DNA of 64,000 nt, taken from an uncultured Spirochaetota bacterium. GTDB lineage: Bacteria > Spirochaetota > Spirochaetia > SZUA-6 > CAVTHK01. Positions 47,999 through 59,286 of this stretch are shown piece by piece (within the stretch, counting starts at the first letter, position 1; each line of letters begins with the position of its first letter). The notes under the pieces were generated by a model. That model did not search any database, was not told the origin of the DNA, and was given only the letters and a program-made list of their open reading frames with translations. The stretch is from positions 320,001-384,000 of the forward strand of contig CAVTHK010000007.1 of NCBI GenBank assembly GCA_963734495.1, read 5' to 3'. A program made the translations under genes and the position numbers.

Positions 47999-50053
47999 TC
48001 AGTCGAGCAGGGACCGCATCACGAGCCTGACCCGGCTCAGGCGCGAGACCGCGACCTTGACGCGATGACCGTCCGGGAGCGCCTCGGCGGCGAGGATCAG
48101 CCCCGCGGCGCTCTTCTCCAGCTTCTCGGGCCGGGCGAGAATCTTGTGCGGCGCCCCCGAGGCGCCTCGCTCGAGCATCTCGACGAGGGCGCCGCGTTCG
48201 ATCGCGCGCTCGATCAGGCGCACCTTTCCGAGGTAGTCGAGGCCGCGCGCCTCCGCCTTCTCGGTCGCGAGCGGCCGGAGCTGCCGCGGAACCAGGATCA
48301 GGCCGCGCTCGATGCGGTCGCGGATCTCGGCCGCTTCGTCGTCCTCGAGCCCCAACGCCTCGAGCTCCGCGAGCAGCGCCGTCTTCGCCGCCGCCGCCGC
48401 AGGACCGGCCGCGCGCGTTCCCTTTGTCAAAAGCTCGTCGTCCCACGGCGCGCTCCGGCCCGACCCCACGTCGACGCTGAGGTCCGCGCCCAGCAGCGGC
48501 TCCTCGAACGGCAGCTCCACCGCCGGCCCCTCGTCTTCGCCTTCGGGCCGCACCGACACGATCTCAGGCACGTGGTCGACTCCCGCGCGGCGAAGCGCGG
48601 CGACCCAGGCGTCCCGGTCCGCGGCCGCGAGCAGGTAGACGCCCGGAGCGATCTTCTTGCGCATGTGCCTGCGCAGCGCGGGCGAGTTGTCGAGGAGGTA
48701 CTGGTGCTCCTCGTCCGCGACCAGCACGACGCCGTCGTAGAGCGCGAGGCGGCGATACTCGCGCTCCCAGGTGCGGAGGCTGAAGAGCACGTTCTGCGGC
48801 AGCGCGGCCGCGCCGCGCGGCTTTTCCAGGCGCTCGAGCGCATCCACCAGCCGCTCCGCCGAACCCCCGAGGTCGAGGTAGCGCTGGAACGAGGCGCGCG
48901 TGATGTCGAAGACGGCCGCCGCGTCGACCCGCCTGACCTCCGCGGATAGCGCGACTTCGAGGCCATCGGCGAGCAGGACCTCGCCGGGGAACGTGACCTC
49001 GAAGTTGGGCTGCACGACAGCCGGCGCGGCGGGCTGGTCGCGCGCGATGTCCGGGTGGAGCATGAGCCGATCGCCGGCCTCGATCAGCACGTTGAGCTCG
49101 CGCAGGCGCGAGATCAGGGACGGTACCGAGGCCGCCGTCTCGGGGGCGACGCGCAGCGCGAGCATGACGCACACCGCGTGCAGGCCGGCCGGCTCAAAGG
49201 CGCGCGCGACGTCGCCGGGGCCCTCGAGGGCGGCGAGCAGCCCGGCGACGTGGTGCGCGGCGAGGTCCCTGCGCACGTCCTTGCCGAGCAGCGGAGCCAG
49301 CAGCGCGACCGCGCGACCGCGACGCGCGCGCGCGGCCAGGCTCCGCCACGCGGCGACACGGGGCCGTCCGTCTTCGGCGAGCAGGCCGTGCTCCTCCAGC
49401 AGCCGCAGAAGCGTGGCGACCGCCCTCGCGAGCGAGTCACCCGCGTCGTCCTCGCCCGCACGCGAGGCGTGGGCGGGAAAGATGGACGCGAGCGCGGAGA
49501 GGTCCCTCTTGCGCAGGCCCCCGTCCTTCTTGAACACGATCGCGCCCGAGCAGAGCTGCGAGACGATGGCCAGGAGCGCGACGTCGGAGACCCACAGGAC
49601 GGGAGCGCGTCCCGGCGGCGCGGCCGCGCTCCACGGGAAGAGCCTGCCGGTGTCATGGACGCGCGCCCGGAACACCGGGTCGAGGATCGGGTTGACCGCC
49701 ACGAGGCGCGCCTCGTCATGGCCCCGGTACACCAGGAGCCGCTCCTCCATGTTGGCCAGCATCTCCCCGAGGGCCAGCAGGCCGATGCGGCCCTGGAACA
49801 GCGCGGCGAGGCTCTCGAGGCTCGCGGCGCCCAGCAGCTCGAGCGCCGTGATCACCGCGGCCTCGCGCGGGTCGACGAAGGCGAGGATCTTTTCCTGGAT
49901 CCCGCGGTCCGAGAGGAAGGCGGCGAGCTGCCGGATCAGCTCCTGCTTGTTGTACGGCGTGCGGATCTCGCCGAGATAGTTGCGGACGAGGAGCAGGAAG
50001 CGGTCGCCTGGAAGCGTGAGCAGCGCCCGCTTCCAACCTTCGAGATCGCTCAT
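47999..50053 (-). CDS. XPB-associated protein (helicase-associated domain, possible C-terminal WYL-like domain)
   Basis: VQPNFEV..FDITRASF..LPQNVLFSLRTW motif; ATGA overlap with XPB stop. Confidence 0.75.
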   Translation of the reverse strand: MSDLEGWKRALLTLPGDRFLLLVRNYLGEIRTPYNKQELIRQLAAFLSDRGIQEKILAFVDPREAAVITALELLGAASLESLAALFQGRIGLLALGEMLANMEERLLVYRGHDEARLVAVNPILDPVFRARVHDTGRLFPWSAAAPPGRAPVLWVSDVALLAIVSQLCSGAIVFKKDGGLRKRDLSALASIFPAHASRAGEDDAGDSLARAVATLLRLLEEHGLLAEDGRPRVAAWRSLAARARRGRAVALLAPLLGKDVRRDLAAHHVAGLLAALEGPGDVARAFEPAGLHAVCVMLALRVAPETAASVPSLISRLRELNVLIEAGDRLMLHPDIARDQPAAPAVVQPNFEVTFPGEVLLADGLEVALSAEVRRVDAAAVFDITRASFQRYLDLGGSAERLVDALERLEKPRGAAALPQNVLFSLRTWEREYRRLALYDGVVLVADEEHQYLLDNSPALRRHMRKKIAPGVYLLAAADRDAWVAALRRAGVDHVPEIVSVRPEGEDEGPAVELPFEEPLLGADLSVDVGSGRSAPWDDELLTKGTRAAGPAAAAAKTALLAELEALGLEDDEAAEIRDRIERGLILVPRQLRPLATEKAEARGLDYLGKVRLIERAIERGALVEMLERGASGAPHKILARPEKLEKSAAGLILAAEALPDGHRVKVAVSRLSRVRLVMRSLLD

Positions 50054-51727
50054 CCCAGCTCCTCTTCGGTCCAGAGCTCGATCGTGTAGCGGTAGCCCTG
50101 CTCGGTGAGGAACTTCTGGCGGTTGGCCGCGAACGTCTCCTCGACTGTGGCGCGGGACACCAGCGAGTAGAAGTGCGAGTTGCGCTCCTTGGGCCTGAGG
50201 ATCCGTCCGAGTCGCTGCGCTTCCTCCTGCCGCGAGCCGAAGGTGCCGGACACCTGGACCGCGACCGACGCGTCGGGCAGGTCGATGGCGAAGTTGGCAA
50301 CCTTGGACACCACGAGCACCGCGAGGCGTCCCGCGCGGAAGTCGCCGTAGAGCCGCTCGCGCTCGCGGTTCGCCGTCTTGCCGGTGATGATCGGGGCGCC
50401 GAGCTCCCTGGCGAGCATCTCGAGCTGCGACAGGTACTGGCCGATGACCAGCACGCCTTCGCCTTCGTGGTTGGCGATGACCTGCTTCACGATCGCGAGC
50501 TTGAGCGGGTTCTCCGAGGCGAGGCGGAACTTCCTGCGCTGGTCGGCGACCGCGTACTCCAGGCGCAGGCTCGCGCGGAAGATCCACGCGCACCTCCACG
50601 CAGTGCGCCACCGCGATCCAGCCCTTGGCCTCCAGCTCCTTCCACGGCACGTCGTAGCGCTTGGGACCGACGAGGGTGAAGACGTCGCCTTCCCTCCCGT
50701 CCTCGCGCACGAGCGTGGCGGTGAGCCCGAGGCGGCGGACCGCCTGGATCTCGGCGGTCACGCGGAAGACCGGGGCCGGCAGCAGGTGCACCTCGTCGTA
50801 GACGACGAGGCCCCACGACCGCTCGCGGAAGAGACGGAAGTGAGGGAACTCGTCGTCGGCCGACCCTCTCCAGATGAGGATCTGGTAGGTCGCGATCGTG
50901 ATCGGCCGGACCTCCTTGCGGTCGCCGGTGTACTCGCCGATCAGGTCCTCCGTGATCCAGGTCTTGTCGAGGATCTCGTCGATCCACTGGTGCACGGCGG
51001 CGACGTTGGGCGCGAGGATCAGCGTGCTGGCCCCCACGTTCGCCATGACCGCGATCCCGATCACGGTCTTGCCGGACCCGCAGGGCAGGACGACGGTGCC
51101 GAAGCCGGCCCCCGGCCGCCCCCCGCCGTCGAACGCCCTCGCCGCCTCCCTCTGGTAGTCTCGCGGGCTGAACGGCCGGCCCGATCGGGCGACGTCGCGC
51201 AGTGACGATCGCCAGCCGCTCGCCCGACGCGAGGGGGGCCTCGTCCTTGACCGGATAGCCGATGCGCATCAGCTCCTGCTTGAGCGTGCCGCGGTTGACG
51301 AGGGGGACGAGGAACCCCTCGCCGTCGGGCTCGATGAGCTTCATGATCCTGGCGTTGGCGCGGATCTCCTCGGCGATCATCGGGTCGACGGAGTCCATGC
51401 GGAGCACGGCGTCGCGCCCGCGACGGCCCGCAGCGCAAGCTTGCCGAACCGGGCGATCGTCTCGCGGATGTCGGCGACCACGTTGTCGGGAACCGGTAGC
51501 GGGAAAAGCGCGCGAGCGCCCCCGCGACGGCGTCCGCCCCGACGCCCGCCGAAGCCGCGTTCCACAGCGAAAGCGGCGTGAGGCGGTAGGTGTGGATGTG
51601 CTCCGGGGACTTTCTCGAGCTCGGCGAACAGCACGAGGTGCGAGCGGGCGGCTTCGGCCGCCGGACTGTGCACGTCCAGCAGCACGGTGCGATCGCTCTG
51701 GATGATGAGGGGCTTGTCCTCGCTCAT
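50050..51727 (-). CDS. xpb: Bacterial XPB-family DNA helicase (several frameshifts)
   Basis: PLIIQSDRTVLL, LPCGSGKT, DEVHLLPAPVFR, GLTATLVREDG, SGTFGSRQEEAQRLGRILRPK. Confidence 0.9.
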
Positions 51728-51747
51728 GGCTCGGGTGAGTGCCGGTC

Positions 51748-51776
51748 ATCATAGGGACGCGTCCCCCGAGAGTCAA
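51748..51776 (-). promoter_or_regulatory. sigma70 promoter for xpb operon
   Basis: TTGACT-17-TATGAT on minus strand. Confidence 0.65.
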
Positions 51777-51824
51777 ATGGGCCGGGCAAGGTGCCGACCA
51801 TTGCTTATAAGACGAGGTGGGACT

Positions 51825-54148
51825 TTGCGCTCCAGATCTCTCCTGGGTGTCCTGCTGCTGCTGCCGGCACTGATCGCCGCCGAGGTGGAGTTCGGGGGTC
51901 TCGACCTGACTCCCGACAACAGGCTCCTCTTCCGCGCGACGGTCGACCTGCCGGACTACGGAACGTACAGCACGCTCTTCCTGGCGGACGCCGGCGAGCG
52001 CAAGCTCAGCCAGCTCACCTTCTTCCCCGAGAAGGCGCTCGTCCTCAATGGCGAGCTCCAGGTCCAGAACCGATTCGGCGTCTTCCGCACGCGCGACGGC
52101 CTCAAGTCGATGGCGCCCGTGGATCTGTTTCCCTTCGTTCGCGTCGGGCGCCCAGGCCGAGACGGGCAGGCTCCTGCCTATCGAGTCGTCGCCCGACGGC
52201 CGGTTCCTCGTCTACGTCCGGCCGACGTCGGCGGCGTACGGCGACCTGCTCCTCTACGATATCGCCAGGTCGGCCGAGACGGTCCTTGCGAAGGCAATGG
52301 AGCTCTCCCTCGACCAGCCGCTCTCGCTCTGGTCGCCCGACTCCGCGTGGCTGGTCTACGCGTCGAGCGGCAGCCTGTACTACTACTCCATCGAGCAGCA
52401 CCGGGAGGGACGCGTCGTCGACGCGAGCTACCGGCGCATCGCGCCGGGCCGCATCGGAAGCGCCCGGTGGGCCTCCGCGGGGACGCTCACCTACGTGAGC
52501 GGCGATCTCGTGTACCGGATCAGGAGCGGCGAGTTCTTCACCAAGAGCCTCTACTTCGGGATCCTGAGCATGGGCGAGATCGTGGGGAAGATCCCCTTCA
52601 CCTTCGACCCCAATTTCGACAGCTTCTGGGTCTCGCCCGGACGGCGGGAAGATCCTCCTCGACAAGAGCGGACGCAACCTCTTTCTCTACTTCCTCGAGA
52701 CAAACGACTACGCGGGGGGCGAGACCCGCTCGCTGCCCTACCTGTACCTGCCGCGCAACGCGCGCATCCGGCGCGTCGCGTGGTCCCCCGACGACGTGAT
52801 CACGGTCCTCTCGGCGAGCGCGGTCAAGGGCCAGGAGGAGACGGCGGTCTTCCGCCTCCAGGTACCCGCAAGCCGCGACGTCACCGCGTTCACCCGCCTC
52901 GCGGACCAGGGCGTCCGCGACATCGTCCTCTCGCCGCAGGGGGACCGCATCGCGGTCGTGCAGCCGGGAGGGGTCAGCATCAGGAACACCCAGAGCTGGG
53001 CGTCGCTCAAGGAGATCGCCTCGGTCGATCCGTTCGCGGCGCTCTGGCTCAACGGCTCCGAGGTGGTGATAGCCGGCCGCTGGACGATCTCGCGCCACAA
53101 CCTGGACACCGGGGCAACGGCCCTCGTCACGCTGTCGCAGGCGGACGCCTCGGGTTTTTCCGCCGACCTCACGGCTGTCGTGGCTACCGCCGAAGGACGG
53201 GAGTGGCAGATGGCCGCCGAGCGCGGCTCGACGCCGCAGGCGGGCGGGCGAGCGCAGCCCGGCGTCGCGCACGGCGATTGGGCCGCGGCGGTGCAGGCCG
53301 CGGCACGCAAGGCCGACGTCGTGTCCCCGGACTACCGGGTGTACCTCGAGTCGAGCGCCCGGGGCAGCTACCGCAACCTCGTCATGGTGCGCAACGTGCG
53401 CGATTTCGGCACGGTTCCCCTCTTCCCGCCCGAACGGCTGCAATACGAGGCGTTCCCCGCCTACGACGAGCCGTCGAACTCCGACACGTTCGACCACGGC
53501 TCGCGGGTGCGCCGCCGCCAGCTCGCTCTCGTCTTCGACGTCGTGGACTCCATCGAAGGGCTGCCCTTGATCCTTGACGTCCTCAATCGCTACCGCATCC
53601 GCGCCACGTTCTTCGTCGGCGGCGAGGCCATCCGCCGCGCCCCCGGCGCCGTGCGGGAAATCGCGGAAAGCGGGCACGAGGTCGGGTCTCTCTTCTACCT
53701 GAACTTCGACATGACGGACACCCGCTACAGGATCGACAAGGAGTTCATCAAGCTCGGCCTCGCCCGGACCGAGGACGCCTATTTCGCGACCACGGGCCGC
53801 GAGCTCTCGCTCCTGTGGCACGCCCCGTGGTACTTCACCAACACGGACATCGTGGCGGCCTCGCGCGAGCTGAACTACACCTGCGTCGGCCGCGACGTGG
53901 ACAGCCTCGATTGGGTGGCGCGCGACGACCCGACGCCGGCCAGGGGCCTGTACATGCCGGCGTCACGCCTCGTCGAGCGGATCGTGGAGAAGAAGAAGCC
54001 GGGCTCGATCGTGCCGATCCGGGCGGGAGTTCCCAACGGCTATCGGGAGGACTACCTCTTCCAGAAGCTGGACCTCCTGATCAACGCGCTCCTGGCAAAG
54101 GGGTACGAGGTCGTCCCCGTCTCCAGGCTCATAGAGAACACTCGGTAA
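51825..54148 (+). CDS. Exported beta-propeller + polysaccharide deacetylase-like protein (frameshifts near 52139 and 52637)
   Basis: Signal peptide, SPDG/WSPD repeats, C-terminal NodB-like IRATFFVGG..GHEVG..VPVSRL. Confidence 0.78.
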
Positions 54149-54231
54149 GGGTCGTTGAATACGGACCGCAAAGAGGCTACACTGTGCTTACACAGTCGAC
54201 AGCTTGGCTGGGATCAAGGAGTGTCGGTACC

Positions 54232-54654
54232 TTGAACGGCGGCAACCCCCACGACGCGTATCGGCAGGTTCAGATCAAGACCGCCAACCAGGGCAGGCTC
54301 ATCCTGATGCTCTACGACGGCGCGGTCCGCTACATCGACGTCGCCCTCGAGGCCCTGCCGCACAAGCAGAGCCGGTACGACGTGGTCAACGCCGCGGTCG
54401 TCAAGGCGCAGGACATCATAGGCGAGCTCATGGCATCGCTGGACTTCGACAGGGGCGGCGAGCTCGCCCGCAACCTCTTCACGCTTTACGTCTTCATGAA
54501 CCGCCAGCTCCTGGAAGCCAACCTTCGCAAGACGGACAAGCCCCTGCTGGACGTTCGGCGCATGCTGCTCGAGCTGCGCGGCGCCTGGGCGCAGGTCGCG
54601 GGCAAGGCCGCGGCCAAGGACGGGGCGGCGAGCCGCGTCGACATCGCGGGATAG
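54232..54654 (+). CDS. fliS: Flagellar chaperone FliS
   Basis: TANQGRLILMLYDGA, KAQDIIGELMASLDF..GGELARNL..LY; SD AAGGAG; TTGAAT-17-TACACT upstream. Confidence 0.95.
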   Translation: MNGGNPHDAYRQVQIKTANQGRLILMLYDGAVRYIDVALEALPHKQSRYDVVNAAVVKAQDIIGELMASLDFDRGGELARNLFTLYVFMNRQLLEANLRKTDKPLLDVRRMLLELRGAWAQVAGKAAAKDGAASRVDIAG

Positions 54655-54658
54655 GCCC

Positions 54659-55117
54659 ATGGATTCCAGGGCGGCCGTGGCCGAACGGCTGCAATCCCTC
54701 TTCGACAGGCAGACCGAGTCCCTGCAGGAGTACCTGCGGCTCATCGAGGCGCAGGGCCGCTCGCTGCGGGACGGGAACGCGGCGCGCTTCGAGGCGCAGC
54801 TCGAAGCGGAGCGCGCGCTGCTCGACCGGCTGGTGGTCCTGCGACGCGCGTCGGACGGCCTGGAGCGCGCGTACCGCGAGGCTCACCCGGCAGGCGAGCA
54901 GGTCGCGGAGACCTCCCGCGCGCTGGCCGCGGCTGCGGCGGCGGCCGTGGCCCGCAGCGCCGACGGACGCAGGGCCGCGCTCACGGCGAGGCAGGCCGAG
55001 ATCGGGCGGGAGCTGCGCGCGATCGCGCGCAGCCTGGCGCGCACGCCGTCGCTCGCCGGCTCGCCCGGCCCGGGCCCCGGCCCCGACGCCGGCGGCATCG
55101 TGGACGTCTCCCGATGA
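54659..55117 (+). CDS. Helical hypothetical protein (FlgN/FliT-like by context)
   Basis: Coiled-coil-like ORF between fliS and polA, ending IVDVSR. Confidence 0.55.
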   Translation: MDSRAAVAERLQSLFDRQTESLQEYLRLIEAQGRSLRDGNAARFEAQLEAERALLDRLVVLRRASDGLERAYREAHPAGEQVAETSRALAAAAAAAVARSADGRRAALTARQAEIGRELRAIARSLARTPSLAGSPGPGPGPDAGGIVDVSR

Positions 55118-57814
55118 GCGAGCCCCTCTACCTCGTAGACGGCTACAGCCTCATCTACCGCGCCTATTTCGCCTTTATCCGGCGGCCTCTCATCAATTCC
55201 AAGGGCCGCAACACGTCGGCGATCTTCGGATTCATGAGCATGTTCCTGCAGCTCCTGCGCACGCGCAAGCCCGCGCACCTTGCCGTGGCGCTCGACTCGC
55301 TGCGGCCGACGTTCCGGCGCGAGCGCTACCAGGAGTACAAGGCCACGCGGCAGAAGGCGCCCGACGACCTTCGCGCGCAGATCCCCGTGATCGAGCAGGT
55401 CCTCGAGGCGCTCGGCGTGCCGAGCGTCCGCGTCGAGGGCTATGAGGCCGACGACGTGATGGCGACGCTCGTCCGAAGCGTGCCGGCGGTCGGGCCGGCC
55501 CTGCTATATCTACTCCGGCGACAAGGACGTGCTGCAGCTCGTGGGCGGGGGCGTGCGCGTCCTGCAGCCGCCGCGCGGCTCGGAGAGCGAGCTCCTGGAG
55601 ATCGATTCCGAGCAGGTCAAGGAGCAGCGGGGCGTGGAGCCGGGCCAGATCGTCGACTACCTCGCGCTCGTGGGCGACAGCTCGGACAACGTGCCCGGGG
55701 TGGCGGGGGTCGGGGAAAAAACCGCGGTCAAGCTGCTGCAGCAGTTCGGATCGCTCGACGCGATCTACGAGAAGCTCGCGGAGGTGTCTCCCGAGAGCCA
55801 GCGCCGCAAGCTCGAGGCGGGCCGGGACAACGCGTTCCTGAGCCGCGACCTCGTGGTCCTGCGCCGCGACGCGCCGGTGCCGGCCGAGGCCGACGCCTAC
55901 GAGCTCAAGACGACGAGCGCCGACAAGGCGCTGGCGCTGCTGCATGCCGAAGAGATCCACGCCTTCGACAAGGAGCTCGGCGCCCGCGCGGCTGTGAGGA
56001 CCGAGGACCTCAAGCGGCTGCATCCGGGCAGCTATGCCACGGTGCTCACGCGCGAGGAGCTCGCGCGCTGGGTCGGCCGCGCGCGCGAGGCGCGCCGCTA
56101 CGCGCTGGACACCGAGACCGACAGCCTGGACGAGCTGGAAGCGACACCGCTCGGGATCTCGCTCGCGGTCGCTCCCGGCCAGGCGTGCTACATCCCTTTG
56201 CGCGCCCGCGGCGTGCCGTGCCTGGACGAGGCGGTCGTCCGCGGGGCGCTCGCTCCCCTCCTCTCGGACCCGGCGCTGCGCCTGATCGGCCAGAACGTGA
56301 AGTTCGACTACAAGGTGCTCAAGCGCTGGGGCGTGGAGATGGCCCGCCCCTGGCTGGACACGATGCTCGCCGCCTTCGCGCTGGACACGACGCGCAACGT
56401 CTACAGCCTCGAGCGGCTCGCGCGCGACCTGCTTGGCTACCAGACGCTCACCTACACGGATCTCATCCCCAAGGGTGAGGCCGCGACGCTTGCCGACCTC
56501 GACGTCGCCCGGGTCACCGACTACTCGGCCGAGGACGCCGACATCGCCCTGCAACTCGCCGGCGTCCTGGAGCCGCGCCTCCGCGAGGCCGGCCTGGAGT
56601 CGCTGCTCGCCGAGGTCGACATGCCCAACGTCAAGATCCTCGGCGACATGGAGCTCGCGGGCATACGGCTCGAGCCGTCGGTCCTCGCCGATTTTTCAAA
56701 GGAGCTCGAGACAAAGCTCGCCGCCATCGAGCGGTCGATCTACGCGGCGGTGGGCCGGGAGTTCAACATAGGGAGCACCAAGCAGCTTCAGGAGATCCTC
56801 TTCGTGGAGCGCAAGCTCAAGCCGGTCAAGAAGACAAGGACCGGCTTCTCGACCGACGCCGACGTCCTCGAGGAGCTCGCCCGCGAGGACGAAGTGTGCG
56901 CCGCGATCCTCGAGCACCGGAACCTCACCAAGCTCAAGAGCACGTACGTCGACACGCTGCCGACGCTCGTCAACGGGCGCACGGGTCGCCTTCATACCCA
57001 TTATGACCAGACCGGCGCCGCCACCGGCAGGCTCGCCAGCACCGACCCCAACCTGCAGAACATCCCGGTGCGCGACGAGCTCGGCCGCCGGATCCGCAGC
57101 GCCTTCGTCGCGGACGCGGGCTGGACGCTGCTTTCGGCCGACTACTCGCAGATCGAGCTCGTGATCCTGGCGGCGCGGTCGGACGACGAGCTGCTCAGGC
57201 GCGCGTTCCGCGAGGGGCGTGACGTGCACACCCAGACGACGGCGCTCCTGTTCGGCGCCGACGAATCGCTGGTGACGCCCGAGATGCGGCGCATCGGCAA
57301 GACGATCAACTTCGGCGTGATCTACGGGATGAGCGCGTTCCGGCTGTCGCGGGAGACGGGGATCCCGCGCAAGGACGCGGACCTGTTCATCAAAAGGTAC
57401 TTCGAGCGTTTCCGCGGCGTGACGCAGCTGATCGAGCAGAGCGTGCGCGACGCCGAGGACAAGGGCTACGTGACGACGCTGCGCGGGCGCAGGCGCCCGA
57501 TCCCCGCCATCCGCAGCGCGAACCGCACGGAGAAAGCGGGCGCCGAGAGGATCGCGGTGAACACCCCGATCCAGGGCAGCGCCGCGGACATCGTCAAGAT
57601 GGCGATGGTGGCCATCTCGCGGAAGCTGGCCGACGGCGGCTTTCGCGCGAGGCTGCTGCTGCAGGTGCACGACGAGCTCATCCTCGAAGTGCCAGACGAT
57701 GAGCTCGCTCCGGTCTCCGCGCTCGTCAAGGAGGCGATGGAGGGCGTCGTCGACCTCGGGGTGCCTCTGCGCGTCGGGCTGAAGACCGGGCGCAGCTGGG
57801 GCGACCTCGACTGA
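55114..57814 (+). CDS. polA: DNA polymerase I (frameshift near 55475)
   Basis: LVDGYSLIYRAYFA, GDSSDNVPG, ALDTET, TGRL..PNLQNIP, ADYSQIEL, QVHDEL. Confidence 0.97.
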
Positions 57815-57822
57815 TACGCACC

Positions 57823-58404
57823 ATGGTGATCGGAGTCGCAGGCGGCTATTGCGCGGGCAAGAGCCTCGCCGTATCGCGCCTCCGGGAGATGGGCTTTGCC
57901 GAGATCGACGTGGACCGCGTGGGTCACGCCGCCCTGGAACGGGAGAAGGCCCGCGTGGTCGGCAGGTTCGGCCCCGGGGTCGTCGGGCCGGGCGGCAGCA
58001 TCGACCGCCGCGCCCTCGGCAGGCTCGTCTTCGCCGATCGGCGTGCGCTCCGGGATCTCGAAGCGATCGTGCACCCCGCGATGGTCGCCGAAGTCGAACG
58101 GCTGCTCGCGGACGCACCGGGCCGCGCCGCCATCAACGCGGCCATCCTCTTCAGGATGGGACTGCAGCGCCTCTGCGACGTGGTCGTCTGCGTCCGGGCG
58201 CCGTTCCTGCTGCGCCTGGCGCGCGCGATGCGCCGCGACCGGGTCGGGCCGCTCGGCGCGGGGCGGCGAATCCTCGCCCAGGGGGCCGTCTGTCCTAAGA
58301 GCGGCTCAGCGGATGTCGATATACTGTATGTGAGCAACTCCGGAAGCAGGGAACGGCTCTTTGCGCGGCTCGAGCGATCTCTGCGCGCGAAAGGAGCGGT
58401 CTGA
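57823..58404 (+). CDS. coaE: Dephospho-CoA kinase
   Basis: GGYCAGKS, IDRRALGRLVF, LEAIVHP; follows polA. Confidence 0.9.
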   Translation: MVIGVAGGYCAGKSLAVSRLREMGFAEIDVDRVGHAALEREKARVVGRFGPGVVGPGGSIDRRALGRLVFADRRALRDLEAIVHPAMVAEVERLLADAPGRAAINAAILFRMGLQRLCDVVVCVRAPFLLRLARAMRRDRVGPLGAGRRILAQGAVCPKSGSADVDILYVSNSGSRERLFARLERSLRAKGAV

Positions 58405-58409
58405 AGGCG

Positions 58410-59095
58410 ATGGAAAAGCGAAACATAATGCTAGTGATCGGGTCGGTGACCCTCTTTCTCATAGTCGTGCTCGCCGCGGGGCTGTGGCTGTTCTGGCCGG
58501 AGCCCAAGCAGGCGAGCACGGGCGCGGCCGTGAGCGTGCGCCCGATCGGCCCGGAAGCCTTCGACAGCTTCGAGTACTACAAGGGCCGGCAGGAAGCTCC
58601 CCGGTCTCGAGGAGCCCAAGACCGGCACGCCGAAGCCCAGCCCGCTCACGCTCTCACTCGGAGAGACCGCGCCGCAGGCACCGGCCGTCAGCGTGGCGCC
58701 GCGCTCTCCCGCCGCGTCGCCGCAGGCGCGCCCCCGCCGCCCCGGCGGCGCCGGCCGCGTCCCCTGCCCGGCTGGCCGCCGCAGCCCCCAGGCCTGCGGC
58801 GGCGCCTGCGCCGCGGCCGACCACTCCGAGGCTCACCAGAGTGAGCGAGTACTGGATCCAGGCCGGCGCCTACAAGAGCCGTGTCAGCGCGGAAGGCCTC
58901 AACCGCAAGCTCGCGGAGATGGGCCTGGCCGGGACCATCACCACGCGGGACGTTTCGGGCGAGACCTACTTCCGCGTGAGGATCGGGCCGTACAGGAATG
59001 CGTCGGAAGCCGGCAAGTTCCTTTCCACGGTCAAGCAGGTCGAAGGGCTGGAAAGCAGCTACGTGTCCCGGATCACCCGGACAGCGACCAACTGA
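58410..59095 (+). CDS. SPOR-domain membrane protein (frameshift near 58602)
   Basis: N-terminal TM, Pro/Ala linker, YWIQAGAY..YFRVRIGPY. Confidence 0.85.
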
Positions 59096-59103
59096 AGGGC
59101 GAG

Positions 59104-59175
59104 AGGCGCCGACCGGAATCGAACCGGTGCATAGAGGTTTTGCAGACCTCTCCCTTACCTCTTGGGTACGGCGCC
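59104..59175 (-). tRNA. tRNA-Cys(GCA)
   Basis: GGCGCCG acceptor stem, GAGGT-CTGCAAA-ACCTC anticodon arm, GGTTCGATTCC T-arm; CCA not encoded. Confidence 0.96.
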
Positions 59176-59286
59176 TTTAAAACCGCGAATCTACCAGAAA
59201 CGGCCCCTTTTGTCCACAATGTCGGCGCTTCGCGGCCTGAGCGGCTTGACCCTGCGCGGGAGGCGCGCTCTAAACTCCGCCCTCGC

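Noticed and set aside
47999-51064. 1021-aa ORF suggesting an XPB-partner fusion
   Set aside because: Caused by a frameshift near 50575; XPB ends at 50050 and the partner has its own ATG at 50053.
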